Shown in pieces: positions 39,754-49,519 of a stretch of DNA of 64,000 bases. The position numbers were made by a program, and so were the translations under genes. Location: NCBI GenBank assembly GCA_963797095.1, contig CAWCNY010000006.1, forward strand, positions 480,001-544,000. Direction: 5' to 3'. The notes under the pieces are model-generated. The model saw only the letters and a list, made by a program, of their open reading frames with translations. It ran no database searches and had not been told where the DNA came from. The first letter of the stretch is position 1. Each line of letters starts with the position of its first letter. This DNA is from an uncultured Chloroflexia bacterium (GTDB taxonomy: Bacteria; Chloroflexota; Chloroflexia; QHBQ01; JADMIH01).

Positions 39754-41376
39754 TCAGTCGAGATATCCCCGCAGCTTGCTCGCACCGTAGCGGGCGTAAC
39801 GAAGCTTACGCAGTATCCGAGTCTCGATCTGCCTGATGCGCTCACGCGTGATCCCGAACTCTTTGGCTACCTCTTCCAGGGTGCGTGGCCGGTCGTCAGT
39901 CAGTCCATACCTCATCTGGAGGATCTGACGCTCGCGGTCGGTCAGCTTGCGAAGGATGTCGTCCACCTGCTCTTTTAGCATCTGGCGCGAGGCTTCTTCT
40001 TCGGGGCCTCCGGTGCGCTCGTCCTCGATGAAATCACCCAGGAAGCTATCTTCCCCTTCTTCCATAGGTGCGTCGAGAGACGCGGGGTGCCGTGCCATGT
40101 CGAGGATTTTGCGCACGCGCTCGGCTGGCATGCCCAGCGCCTGCCCCAGTTCCTCCTCGGTCGGTTCGCGCAGTAACTGTTGTTGTAGCTCGTGCGCTGC
40201 CCTGCGCAACCGTGTAACCATCTCCGTCACATGCACAGGAAGCCGGATTGTGCGGCTCTGGTCCGAAATTGCGCGGGTGATGGCCTGCCGTATCCACCAC
40301 GTGGCATAAGTCGAGAACTTGAACCCCTTGTGGTGGTCGAACTTGTCTGCCGCTTTCATCAGGCCGATATTGCCTTCCTGGATCAGGTCCAGCAGCGACA
40401 GGCCGCGACCGATGTACCGCCGAGCTATGCTCACTACCAACCGCAGGTTCGCCTGCACCAGTTGTTGCTTGGCACGTTCACCGTCGGCAGATATGATCTC
40501 GCAGCGCCTCCGCTCCTCCGAGTATTCCTGCTCTGTGACAAGGTCATTTTCGCGCTTCGCCGGTAGCTGCTCCATCTCTTCGCGCGCTTTGCGCCCCTGG
40601 GCCATCTTTTCGGCCAGTGCGCTCTCATCCGGCGACTTCAGGAGGGCGGTGCGCCCGATCTCACGCAGGTAGATGCGCACCGGGTCGTCCACCGATACGC
40701 TGTCCATGCTGAGCACGCGGTCAATGAAGCGCTCAAGGTCCTCGGGGCGCTCGACCTCCACCACCTCTTCTTCGGTGGCCGCGCGGGCCAACTCGGCGGC
40801 ATCGGGCTCGTCTTCCTCGACATCATCGGTCGTTTCGACTTCAAGTGTCTCGGTCGATTCAACTTCCACTTCTAGGTCGGCATTGGCCTGCTCGGCAGGG
40901 ATGCTACGCCCGTTGCGCTTGGAGGATGCAGTTGTCCGCTCGATCTTACTGACGATCGTCTCTTCATCAGTGAGGCCGAGTGTGTCGTATGCCTCGTCGA
41001 TTACCTCTACAATACTGTCGCCTGAGCGCATGCCCCCCCTGTACCGGGTATCTCCAAGGTCGAAACGCTCGGCCATATCCAGGTCATCCACCGATGATAT
41101 ATCGCTACCGGAGGAATTGTTGACGTCGATGTCGGAGTTGTAGGATGACGCGTCGTCAAGAAGGATTAGAGGCTTGACTTCGCCTGACGAGCGTTTGCCG
41201 CGCGTAAAGGTGTGCTTGGAGCCATTGGGCGATCCATTGGCTTCCGCGCTGCCACCGGCACTATCAGCAGGTAATGCGCCGTTCATGAGCGGCTTGCTCG
41301 CGGCGTTCCTGGGAGTGCGTTGTTTCTCATTCTCTTCCGGTAGGTCGTCGTTGTGGCGGGTCGTCGATTTGGGCAT
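39754..41376 (-). CDS. rpoD: RpoD/SigA-family RNA polymerase sigma factor (possibly a secondary paralog) with a long acidic N-terminus
   Basis: DDPVRIYLREIG, ANLRLVVSIA, DLIQEGNIGL, FSTYATWWIRQAITRA, TLEEVAKEFGITRERIRQIE. Confidence 0.85.
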   Translation of the reverse strand: MPKSTTRHNDDLPEENEKQRTPRNAASKPLMNGALPADSAGGSAEANGSPNGSKHTFTRGKRSSGEVKPLILLDDASSYNSDIDVNNSSGSDISSVDDLDMAERFDLGDTRYRGGMRSGDSIVEVIDEAYDTLGLTDEETIVSKIERTTASSKRNGRSIPAEQANADLEVEVESTETLEVETTDDVEEDEPDAAELARAATEEEVVEVERPEDLERFIDRVLSMDSVSVDDPVRIYLREIGRTALLKSPDESALAEKMAQGRKAREEMEQLPAKRENDLVTEQEYSEERRRCEIISADGERAKQQLVQANLRLVVSIARRYIGRGLSLLDLIQEGNIGLMKAADKFDHHKGFKFSTYATWWIRQAITRAISDQSRTIRLPVHVTEMVTRLRRAAHELQQQLLREPTEEELGQALGMPAERVRKILDMARHPASLDAPMEEGEDSFLGDFIEDERTGGPEEEASRQMLKEQVDDILRKLTDRERQILQMRYGLTDDRPRTLEEVAKEFGITRERIRQIETRILRKLRYARYGASKLRGYLD

Positions 41377-41392
41377 CTTCCTTGCTACCTCT

Positions 41393-41737
41393 TTACTCCA
41401 CCTCTATGTGCGTGCGAGCTTTATCCGGTGGTTGGCCCCTGGCGGCCTTATCTACGTTGCGCCATAGGCTGTAGACGGCGAGCATCGTTTCGCGTCCTGC
41501 GGCTTTGAAGTGGTGGACGGTCTCATCCGGCAGGACCGCGCCCAGAACCTGCGCCGGTAGACCTAACATGGCTTTGAGGGTGGTTTCCAACTCACCCGCC
41601 CAATCAATATAGTTTATGCCGCCTGAGGCACTATTATTGCTTGCGCTTGCTGCACCGCCAGTTTGCCCCGACATGTCGGCTTCAGCAGCAGGATCGCTTC
41701 CAGCCTCGGCGCGTATGTGCCGATCTCTTTGGTCCAT
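41393..41737 (-). CDS. Small hypothetical protein between the ArsA gene and the sigma factor
   Basis: RBS GAGGGAGG; amphipathic helices ETVHHFKAAGRETMLAVYSLW; ends ...THIEVE. Confidence 0.75.
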   Translation of the reverse strand: MDQRDRHIRAEAGSDPAAEADMSGQTGGAASASNNSASGGINYIDWAGELETTLKAMLGLPAQVLGAVLPDETVHHFKAAGRETMLAVYSLWRNVDKAARGQPPDKARTHIEVE

Positions 41738-41934
41738 ATAGCGTGCCTCCCTCTTGGGGTATCATGATACCACTGTCAATGATCTTTGTCCAATTGTCAA
41801 GTGAGCTGTCGGGCGGTGTCGTCAAGACGTGTTTCACATACAGAATCGTTTCAATATACATGAGACCTATAAGGCCGATTCCCGCGTACAGGTATCTCGT
41901 GATCCCTTTGGATGGCTTTCTACAGGGTCGTACC

Positions 41935-43119
41935 TTATCTTGTTGCTACGCTTGTGGGTTGGGTGAACTTGATCCGAAGCTCACCGTTCTCCAGCTTGGC
42001 CCCTGCCACCTTGAGCGCGGCCAGGGCGCGAGGCAAGATCAGGTTGCGCTTATAATCGCCTACCTGCACCACCAGTTCATCACCGGTCTGGAGGAGATCG
42101 ACCTGCTCTTTGCTGGCAAGGGGCAGCGGGATCTTAAGGGTGAAGTCATTCCCTGTTTGCTCGATGCTTTGTACCAGGCCGCTGAAAAATACATCAGCGG
42201 GGTCATTGTTGCCGAAAATAGCCTGGCTCATGCGCCCCAGCATTTCCACGCCCACCACCTCTTTGTCGAAGAACGGCACATCAAAGATCGGCACAGGCGT
42301 GAAGCACTCTTCAACCAGTTTGTGGTTGCGGCTCTGAATATCCCGCCACATAGTGAAGTACTGCCCATCAACCGATGGTGGGAAGAGGCGATTGCATACC
42401 ACCATATCGCACGTGTAGCCGAACAGCGAAAGGTATGTGTACGTGCGCTGGGCCTCCTTGACCACCATCTTCTCCGCGTTCAACACGATCCGTACCGAAG
42501 TCATCTTCTGGTTGGAAAGGAGGTTATGGATGCGGTCAAGTTGGGTTAGCAGTTGCTTGATCAACTCGAACACATCGTCCTGCGGCATCGGCATATCAGT
42601 TACGGCGCGAGCCAGAGGTCGTATGATCTTGGCGGCGTGCCGCTGGATCGGGAATAGTTTCTCCAGCCACCAGCGGGCGATCTCAGGGAACGAGAGAAGG
42701 CGCAGGGTGTCTCCCGTTGGCGCGCAATCCACCACAATTGCATCGTACAACCCCGAGTCGTAATGCTTCACTATCCGAACAAGCCCTGCCAGTTCTTCTG
42801 CGCCCGGCAGCACCGTCATCTCCTCGGCCACTACGTCTTCCATGCCACGCCACGAAAGAAGCTCGGTGATGTACTTCTGGAGCGTTATCCAGTGCTTGTC
42901 AACTTCGTGCAGGACCGACACCTCCTGTGCCCACAGGTTTTCCGTGACCATGGTCGGTTCGTTGCCCAGTGGCACATCGAAGGAGTTGGCCAGCGAATGG
43001 GCTGCGTCCGTGCTCATTACAAGGGTGCGGTAGCCACGATTTGCGAGGCCGAGCGCGGTGGCGGCGGAAACGCTGGTTTTGCCCACACCACCTTTGCCGG
43101 TATACAAGATGATCCTCAT
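41935..43119 (-). CDS. ArsA/GET3-family ATPase with C-terminal HSP20-like domain
   Basis: GKGGVGKTS, STDAAHSL, DCAPTG; C-terminal LKIPLP...ELVVQVGDYKRNLILP...LRIKF (ArsA_HSP20). Confidence 0.9.
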   Translation of the reverse strand: MRIILYTGKGGVGKTSVSAATALGLANRGYRTLVMSTDAAHSLANSFDVPLGNEPTMVTENLWAQEVSVLHEVDKHWITLQKYITELLSWRGMEDVVAEEMTVLPGAEELAGLVRIVKHYDSGLYDAIVVDCAPTGDTLRLLSFPEIARWWLEKLFPIQRHAAKIIRPLARAVTDMPMPQDDVFELIKQLLTQLDRIHNLLSNQKMTSVRIVLNAEKMVVKEAQRTYTYLSLFGYTCDMVVCNRLFPPSVDGQYFTMWRDIQSRNHKLVEECFTPVPIFDVPFFDKEVVGVEMLGRMSQAIFGNNDPADVFFSGLVQSIEQTGNDFTLKIPLPLASKEQVDLLQTGDELVVQVGDYKRNLILPRALAALKVAGAKLENGELRIKFTQPTSVATR

Positions 43120-43382
43120 CTCTCCTCTTTTCTCAACGAAGGGCGAACGCCGAACGGCGAAAATGAAGCTTCTTCTACGGTCGAGTCTATACAGCTAAGT
43201 ATAGGAACGGCACAATGGATTGTCAAACACCCATGTGTAGCGGCAGACCCGAAGCTGAATCACTCCTAGCGAGGGCCTTGTCCGTCTGCAAACCCCGCCT
43301 GAGATCTTAATTTTGCAGGTTCGCGCCCACACAAGCCCACACAATCTGAATTCCAAAATAGGGATGGGCCTTAGTTGGATAC

Positions 43383-43958
43383 TTACGGGGCATCGGGCGG
43401 GGTTGTAGGGCCAAGAGGAGGCGTTACATCAGGTGGCGGTAATGCATTAGTAGGCGTGCCAACCACAATGGTAATAGTAACGCTCACCGTAGGCGTGATA
43501 GACGTCTGAGTAGTGGTTATGGTCACTGATGGAGTTATAGCAGGCGCGGCAGTAGGAGCGCGCCCCGGTATAACAAGCACCTGCCCAACCTGCAACGCAT
43601 TCGGGTCAGCGATGTTGTTTGCTCTCACAATGTCATCAACCGTCACCCCGAACAGGTCCGCGATACCCGACAGCGTATCGCCCGGCTTCACCGTATAAGT
43701 AACAGGAGGCAAAGTCGGCAGAGCCTCGGGAGGAGTGGTAGGCGAAGGCACAGGTGTAACCACCAGCTTAACGGGGTCTCCCGTATCGGATGCTCCCCCG
43801 CAGGCGGTAGTAAGCGCCAACGAGAGCAGCAGAAGCACCGAAACAATAGACATCGATCGGTGGATCTTGACGAAATATAACCTTCCCTCTTTATAGGGCC
43901 ACTGCCGTCGAAATGAGACGGCGCGAGCCTCTGGACTCAGTTTCGAGTTCGAGCGCAT
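43383..43958 (-). CDS. LysM domain lipoprotein
   Basis: Lipobox-like LTTAC; YTVKPGDTLSGIADLFGVTVDDIVRANNI. True start is likely near 43853. Confidence 0.82.
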   Translation of the reverse strand: MRSNSKLSPEARAVSFRRQWPYKEGRLYFVKIHRSMSIVSVLLLLSLALTTACGGASDTGDPVKLVVTPVPSPTTPPEALPTLPPVTYTVKPGDTLSGIADLFGVTVDDIVRANNIADPNALQVGQVLVIPGRAPTAAPAITPSVTITTTQTSITPTVSVTITIVVGTPTNALPPPDVTPPLGPTTPPDAP

Positions 43959-43976
43959 GGGTGTGTGGGTTCCGGT

Positions 43977-44612
43977 CTAGGGTTTCTTGACGATGCCGGT
44001 GTTGGGCATGCTCGGCATGCTGCCTGGATCACCCTCCTCCCCCGACGCCCCCGTATTGGGCGTGCCAGGCTCGGTAGTGGGGGCAGCCGGCGAACTGTCC
44101 GGGATCGGCAGGTAGAGCACCTGCCCAGGATAGATTATATCATCTGTGAGGTTGTTGAGGGTACGCAGCTCATCCAGGTCCACCCCGAAGCGGCGAGATA
44201 TAGCCCACAGAGTATCGCCGGACTGGATCACATAGAATGGAGTGCCCGTTTCTCCGGTTATAGTCCCGCCTTGAGCCTCGGTCGGGGCCGGAGTGCCCAC
44301 CGGCACAGGCGACGATACCGGCGGTGGCGGCACGCTGCCAATAGTAGGCGTGGGAATGCCCCCTCCGCCACCTCCACCACCCGCTGCCGACTCCGCCGGG
44401 CTGGAAGCCAGGTCGCCGTCGGTTGGGCTGGAAGGAGAAGTGCCCGTAGACTGGATGGTGTATTCAGGCGGCTGGATTCCCTGCACCTGTGCGCCACCGA
44501 AGCGGGCGCGCAACCCATCAAGGCCCATAGCGGCTACCACCAGTAGCGCGATGAGCACAACCACATATATCAGGCACCCTTTGGCGCAATTGTTGCCGAA
44601 GATCGAACGCAT
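43977..44612 (-). CDS. Membrane-anchored LysM domain protein
   Basis: N-terminal TM; YVIQSGDTLWAISRRFGVDLDELRTLN. Confidence 0.85.
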   Translation of the reverse strand: MRSIFGNNCAKGCLIYVVVLIALLVVAAMGLDGLRARFGGAQVQGIQPPEYTIQSTGTSPSSPTDGDLASSPAESAAGGGGGGGGIPTPTIGSVPPPPVSSPVPVGTPAPTEAQGGTITGETGTPFYVIQSGDTLWAISRRFGVDLDELRTLNNLTDDIIYPGQVLYLPIPDSSPAAPTTEPGTPNTGASGEEGDPGSMPSMPNTGIVKKP

Positions 44613-44743
44613 ATAACCCTGAGCGGGAGCCGTTGCCAGGACTCCACTGCTTCAACACTAACGCACCCAGCATACCCAACATCGGTGATGTGGGGGCCAC
44701 TTTTGCACATCCAGGGCCTTGATGGCAACACGGGCTTTCCCAG

Positions 44744-47521
44744 GTGGTCAAGAGGTATATAATCATGAATAAGATGTCCGAAAAGCACTACGCCGTGGTG
44801 ACGCTTGAGCCGCCCAACTACAATGACAGGCGCAACCCAGCCCGGCAGGTCGATAGCGAGCCTGTCCTAGATGACCCTGCGCTCGGTCTGCTCCTGCACT
44901 ATCACATCCCCGCATCACTCGCGAGCAGCGTGCAGGTCGGCCAAATGGTGATAGTGCCCCTGCGTGACAAACCAACCTATGGCGTCGTAGTGGCACTGGC
45001 GGATAGCGCACCCGTAGAGGTCACCCGTCCCATAAGCCGGGTGATAGACACTCGCCCCGTCGTGCCTCCCGCCATGATGGCTCTCGCACGCTGGATCGCC
45101 GAGCACTACCGCTGCACGCTGTGGCAGGCCCTGGCCCCCATGCTCCCGCCCGGCGTAGCGCGACGTGCCGTGACTACTTTCAGCCTCTCATCCGCCCGCG
45201 CCGGGCAAGACACCGGAGAGGCGCGCACCAAAGATGGCTTCGCCGGGAGTGCGCAATCGAGGGCACTGATGTCGGCGCTGGGCAGGCGGCAAAAGCAGGT
45301 CGTCGGCTTATTGCAGGAAGCTCCTCGCCACACAATGACCCTCAACAGGCTCAAGCGTAACTACAAGGGGGCCTCCACCAGCCTCAACTCGGCCCTGCGC
45401 GGTCTCGAACGTGAGGGCCTGGTGACGCGCCGTGTGGAGCTACCCGCGCCCCGCTCCAAGCCCCAGACCGAAAGGATCATCCGCCTATCCGTAGAGATCG
45501 ACAGAGCCCGCCAGGTAATGGGAGAGCAGTCGCACCGCGCCCCCTTGCAGGCCGCCGCCCTCGACTGGTTGGTCAAGCGGACGATGGACCTCGAACGTCG
45601 GGCGATGAATGAACGCGCTACGCCACAGGAAGATGGCGCGCATACCGAGGGCTGGCTCCCTCTGAGCGACCTTTACCTTCACACAGGCGCGACATCCGCC
45701 ACCGTGGTCGCCCTGGAGAAGAAGGGCCTGGTAGCCCTCCACGAGCGCCCGATCTTTCGCAAGCCTGTCCCCCAGCGCACGGCAAGCGGCTCCCACGACG
45801 AGCCCCCCACCCTCACCCAGGCCCAGGCCGCCGCCTGGCGGGAGCTAGCAGCCGCCCTTCGCAGCACAACCACAGATCAACCAGATCGATCGGAAGATCA
45901 CGTTTCCCCCGTCATGCGTCACGCACAAACCCCATTCGTCCTTCACGGCGTAACCGGAAGCGGCAAGACCGAAATCTACCTGCGAGCCATCGGCATGGCG
46001 CTGAGGATGGGTCGGCAAGCCATCGTGCTCGTGCCTGAGATTTCCCTCACCCCCCAGGCCGTGCATAGGTTCGCCTCGAGGTTCCCGGGCCGCGTAGCTC
46101 TCATACACAGCCAGCTTTCCGCGGGCCAGCAGTTCGATGAATGGCGTCGAATTCGCGAAGGTCAGGCCGACATAGTGGTGGGTTCGCGCTCTGCCGTCTT
46201 CGCACCTCTGCCGCGTCTGGGCCTGATCGTGGTAGATGAGGAGCACGAATGGGCCTACAAGCAGAGCGAGCACCAGCCCAGGTACCACGCGCGTGACGTG
46301 GCGCTCAAGCGCGCCCAACTGACAGGCTCCGTGGTCATACTTGGTAGCGCCACCCCTGATGTTACCACCTACCATTCGGCCCAGGTTGGCGATTTTCGCC
46401 TCCTCCCTCTCCCCTACCGGGTGGGCAGGCGTCGGGCGCAAAACGGCTCCGAACTGCTGGTAGAGCTTCCTCTCCCTCCCGTGCAGGTAGTGGACATGCG
46501 GGCTGAATTGAAGGCGGGCAACAGTATGCTTTTCAGCCGGGCGCTTGCATCGGCGCTAGATGCCACCTTGACTCGCGGTGAGCAGGCGATCCTCTACCTG
46601 AACAGGCGTGGCAGCCACAGCTTCATGCTCTGCCGCGAGTGCGGCCACGTGCCCGCGTGCAAGCGATGTGATGTGCCCCTGGTCTACCACGCCGACATAC
46701 ACGGCTTGCTCTGCCACAGGTGCAACGCCTTTTCCCTTGTGCCCAGGGAATGCCCCAAATGCGGGAGCGACAGCATACGCGGCTTCGGCTTAGGCACTCA
46801 AAAGGTGGTGGACGAAGTATCGGCGCTCTTTCCGAAGGCGCGCATCCTGAGGTGGGATCGCGATACCGCCTCGCGCCAGGGCGGGCACGCCGATTTGATG
46901 GATACTTTCGCCAGGGGCGATGCCGATGTGCTGGTGGGCACGCAGATGATCGCCAAGGGCCTGGACATTGCACGCGTAACCCTGGTGGGCGTCGTGAGCG
47001 CCGATACCGGGCTATTTATGCCCGACTTCCGGGCTCCCGAACGCGCTCTGCAATTGCTGATTCAGGTCGCGGGGCGGGCGGGCAGGCGTACCGAAAGCGC
47101 TCACAGCCGGGTAATAGTGCAGACCTTCAACCCCGACCACTACGCCGTGCAAGCAGCCGCGGCGCACGATTACATAGGCTTCTACAGGGGCGAGGTAAGG
47201 TTCAGAGCGGAACATGGCTACCCACCATTCGGCCAGCTCGCGAGATTGGTCTACAGTTCAACGAGCGACGAGAAGTGCGAGCAGACTGCGAACATAGTGG
47301 CAAGGCATCTTCGCCATCGCGCCGAACGGCTCTCAAAGGGTGGCGCGCTCGATGGCGCGATACTGGATGTGATCGGCCCGGCACCTTGCTTCGTGCACAA
47401 AATTAGGGGCAGGTACAGATGGCAAATCCTGCTGCGAGGCGATAGCCTCTCGCCGCTACTGGAAGGACTCAATCCGGGGGCGGGGTGGCTTCTTGATATC
47501 GATCCGTTGAGCGTGCTTTGA
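44744..47521 (+). CDS. priA: Primosomal protein N' (replication restart helicase)
   Basis: LHGVTGSGKTEIY, LVPEISLTPQ, DEEH, four CxxC, GTQMIAKGLD, QVAGRAGR. Start is likely 44765 or 44774. Confidence 0.96.
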   Translation: MVKRYIIMNKMSEKHYAVVTLEPPNYNDRRNPARQVDSEPVLDDPALGLLLHYHIPASLASSVQVGQMVIVPLRDKPTYGVVVALADSAPVEVTRPISRVIDTRPVVPPAMMALARWIAEHYRCTLWQALAPMLPPGVARRAVTTFSLSSARAGQDTGEARTKDGFAGSAQSRALMSALGRRQKQVVGLLQEAPRHTMTLNRLKRNYKGASTSLNSALRGLEREGLVTRRVELPAPRSKPQTERIIRLSVEIDRARQVMGEQSHRAPLQAAALDWLVKRTMDLERRAMNERATPQEDGAHTEGWLPLSDLYLHTGATSATVVALEKKGLVALHERPIFRKPVPQRTASGSHDEPPTLTQAQAAAWRELAAALRSTTTDQPDRSEDHVSPVMRHAQTPFVLHGVTGSGKTEIYLRAIGMALRMGRQAIVLVPEISLTPQAVHRFASRFPGRVALIHSQLSAGQQFDEWRRIREGQADIVVGSRSAVFAPLPRLGLIVVDEEHEWAYKQSEHQPRYHARDVALKRAQLTGSVVILGSATPDVTTYHSAQVGDFRLLPLPYRVGRRRAQNGSELLVELPLPPVQVVDMRAELKAGNSMLFSRALASALDATLTRGEQAILYLNRRGSHSFMLCRECGHVPACKRCDVPLVYHADIHGLLCHRCNAFSLVPRECPKCGSDSIRGFGLGTQKVVDEVSALFPKARILRWDRDTASRQGGHADLMDTFARGDADVLVGTQMIAKGLDIARVTLVGVVSADTGLFMPDFRAPERALQLLIQVAGRAGRRTESAHSRVIVQTFNPDHYAVQAAAAHDYIGFYRGEVRFRAEHGYPPFGQLARLVYSSTSDEKCEQTANIVARHLRHRAERLSKGGALDGAILDVIGPAPCFVHKIRGRYRWQILLRGDSLSPLLEGLNPGAGWLLDIDPLSVL

Positions 47522-47605
47522 TTTTCCAGCCCGAAATGCGAAATGTTGGCGTGTTTGTTATGATAGAGGATATAGCTGTATATTTGCTGCTACGATAATT
47601 GTAAT

Positions 47606-48157
47606 ATGGGGAATGTTATGGCGAAGTTAGGTGTTAGATACGATCCCGACCCAATTCTGAGAGAGAAAGCCAAGCGCATCAAAACCTTCGATGCCAACCT
47701 CCGAAAACTGGCATCCGATATGCTGGAGACGATGCACGCCAACGCGGGCGTAGGGCTGGCGGCCCCCCAGATCGGCCTGTCGATCCGCTTGCTGGTGGCC
47801 GAGTATGTGCCGGACAAGGACGACGCGTCCAGCGGTGAGCGCGGCTTCAAGATAGCCCTGTGCAATCCGGAGATCGTGAAGACCAGCGGCGAGACGGAGG
47901 TTGGGGTGGAAGGCTGCCTCAGCATCCCCGGCTGGTTAGGGGATGTGCCCAGGCACACATCCGTAACCGTGAAAGGCCAGACTCTCGAAGGCAAAGAGGT
48001 CCGCATCAAAGCCGACCACTACTTCGCACGAGTTCTACAGCACGAGATAGACCATTTGAACGGGGTGCTGTTTACCGACCGGGTGCTCGATATCAAGTCT
48101 CTAAGGAAGATTGACCCCCAGATGGACGAAGAGGAAAAGGAGATGTTGGAGGTTTAG
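47606..48157 (+). CDS. def: Peptide deformylase
   Basis: GVGLAAPQIG, EGCLS, QHEIDHLNG. Confidence 0.96.
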   Translation: MGNVMAKLGVRYDPDPILREKAKRIKTFDANLRKLASDMLETMHANAGVGLAAPQIGLSIRLLVAEYVPDKDDASSGERGFKIALCNPEIVKTSGETEVGVEGCLSIPGWLGDVPRHTSVTVKGQTLEGKEVRIKADHYFARVLQHEIDHLNGVLFTDRVLDIKSLRKIDPQMDEEEKEMLEV

Positions 48158-48161
48158 CAAG

Positions 48162-49430
48162 CTACGCTGCTTCAGCAACTTCCTCTCTCTTAGGCAAATA
48201 CTCTTCGGCTCTCCCTAGCGCGGTGAACGAGAAAGCAATAGGGATCGCAATCCGGATCAGCCCTATGACGAGAAAGACCAGCGCCACATCGCCCGTCCAC
48301 TCGATGGCATAACCACCCAACAGAGTGCCCAGGGGGATCGCTGACCACGCGATTACACTTGCGATACTTTTGATCCGCCCCAGCAGGTGATTTGGCACGA
48401 TTGCCTGGCGCAAACTGCCGGTATTGATGTTAAACAGGGTGCCGATCCCCGAATGGAGCGCCCACAATGGGAGGGCCAGCCAAAAATACTGCGTAAACGA
48501 TAGGAGCACGGTTACAATACCGGTACACATAAGCGCCCCGAGGGCCACACGGCTGAACGGCCAGCGTTTGCGCAATACTCCGGCGAGCAACGACAGCAAG
48601 ATTACCCCTATACTGCCTGCCGAATTCAGGATGCTCACTTCGAGGTCCGATGCCTGTAGATGGTCCTTCGCGAAGAAGATGATCTGTGCGTAGATCGTCG
48701 ATCCGAAGAAGTTGACGAGTGCCATCATCAGAGAAATGTTGCGAAGCACCGGGTGCTTGAGGACGTATTTCAGTCCCTCTACTACATCCTGCCGTATCTT
48801 TGTTTTCGGTCGTTCGGTGCTGGTATTGAAACTGCGGGCGATGAGGACGAGGGAAATGGCCGAGACCACAAACGACATTGCATCGAAGAGGATGATATCG
48901 TAGATCGGTATAAGCGAGATGAGGACGCCTGCCAGCAGCGGGCCTGCGATGCGCGCCGCCGAGTAACTGGCTTCGATGCGCCCGTTGGCCGTAACCAGGT
49001 CTTGCCGATTCTTGATCAGGCTGGGGATGACTGCAAACTCAGCCGAGTCGAAGAAGATACCCAGCGTAGCGGTAATGAACCCGACAATATATATCCACCA
49101 CACCAGTAACGACGAATCGAGGTCGAGCATCGCCAGCAAGGGTACCGTTGCCAGGATCGCAGCGCGGCCCATGTCCACAAAGATCATCAGCCGCTTCCGA
49201 TCCACGCGGTCGGCCCAGGCCCCGATAAACAGCCCAAAAAGCAAATACGGCAGCATATAAGCAGCCGACGAAATGGCGAGATTAAGAGCGGAATTAGTGA
49301 GGTGGTAGACCAGCAGCGGCAGGGCAAAACTGGAAAGAGAATCGCCCAAAGCCGAAATAGCCTGTCCCAGCCAGAACTTCCAGAAGTCGATAGAGAGTGA
49401 TCGGTCGTCAGATGATTGTGCGCTTGACAT
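48162..49430 (-). CDS. MFS transporter (MFS_3/DHA3-like)
   Basis: 12 TM segments; GAWADRVDRKRLMI motif A. Confidence 0.9.
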   Translation of the reverse strand: MSSAQSSDDRSLSIDFWKFWLGQAISALGDSLSSFALPLLVYHLTNSALNLAISSAAYMLPYLLFGLFIGAWADRVDRKRLMIFVDMGRAAILATVPLLAMLDLDSSLLVWWIYIVGFITATLGIFFDSAEFAVIPSLIKNRQDLVTANGRIEASYSAARIAGPLLAGVLISLIPIYDIILFDAMSFVVSAISLVLIARSFNTSTERPKTKIRQDVVEGLKYVLKHPVLRNISLMMALVNFFGSTIYAQIIFFAKDHLQASDLEVSILNSAGSIGVILLSLLAGVLRKRWPFSRVALGALMCTGIVTVLLSFTQYFWLALPLWALHSGIGTLFNINTGSLRQAIVPNHLLGRIKSIASVIAWSAIPLGTLLGGYAIEWTGDVALVFLVIGLIRIAIPIAFSFTALGRAEEYLPKREEVAEAA

Positions 49431-49519
49431 AGTTAGATAACTATATCACAAACAATATTGCTTACCGCCTACTCCTTATCTCGCCGCTCGCCGCTCGCCG
49501 CTCGCCATCACGTATCAAG

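Noticed and set aside
41641-42549. 302-aa plus-strand ORF (and similar antisense ORFs throughout)
   Set aside because: Overlaps the well-supported ArsA gene on the opposite strand and has no recognisable motifs; typical GC-rich shadow ORF.
43245-43330. c-di-AMP (ydaO) riboswitch suggested by GCTGAATC
   Set aside because: It lacks the GGGGAACC/GGGGTGAAT elements and lies downstream of, and opposite to, the LysM gene.
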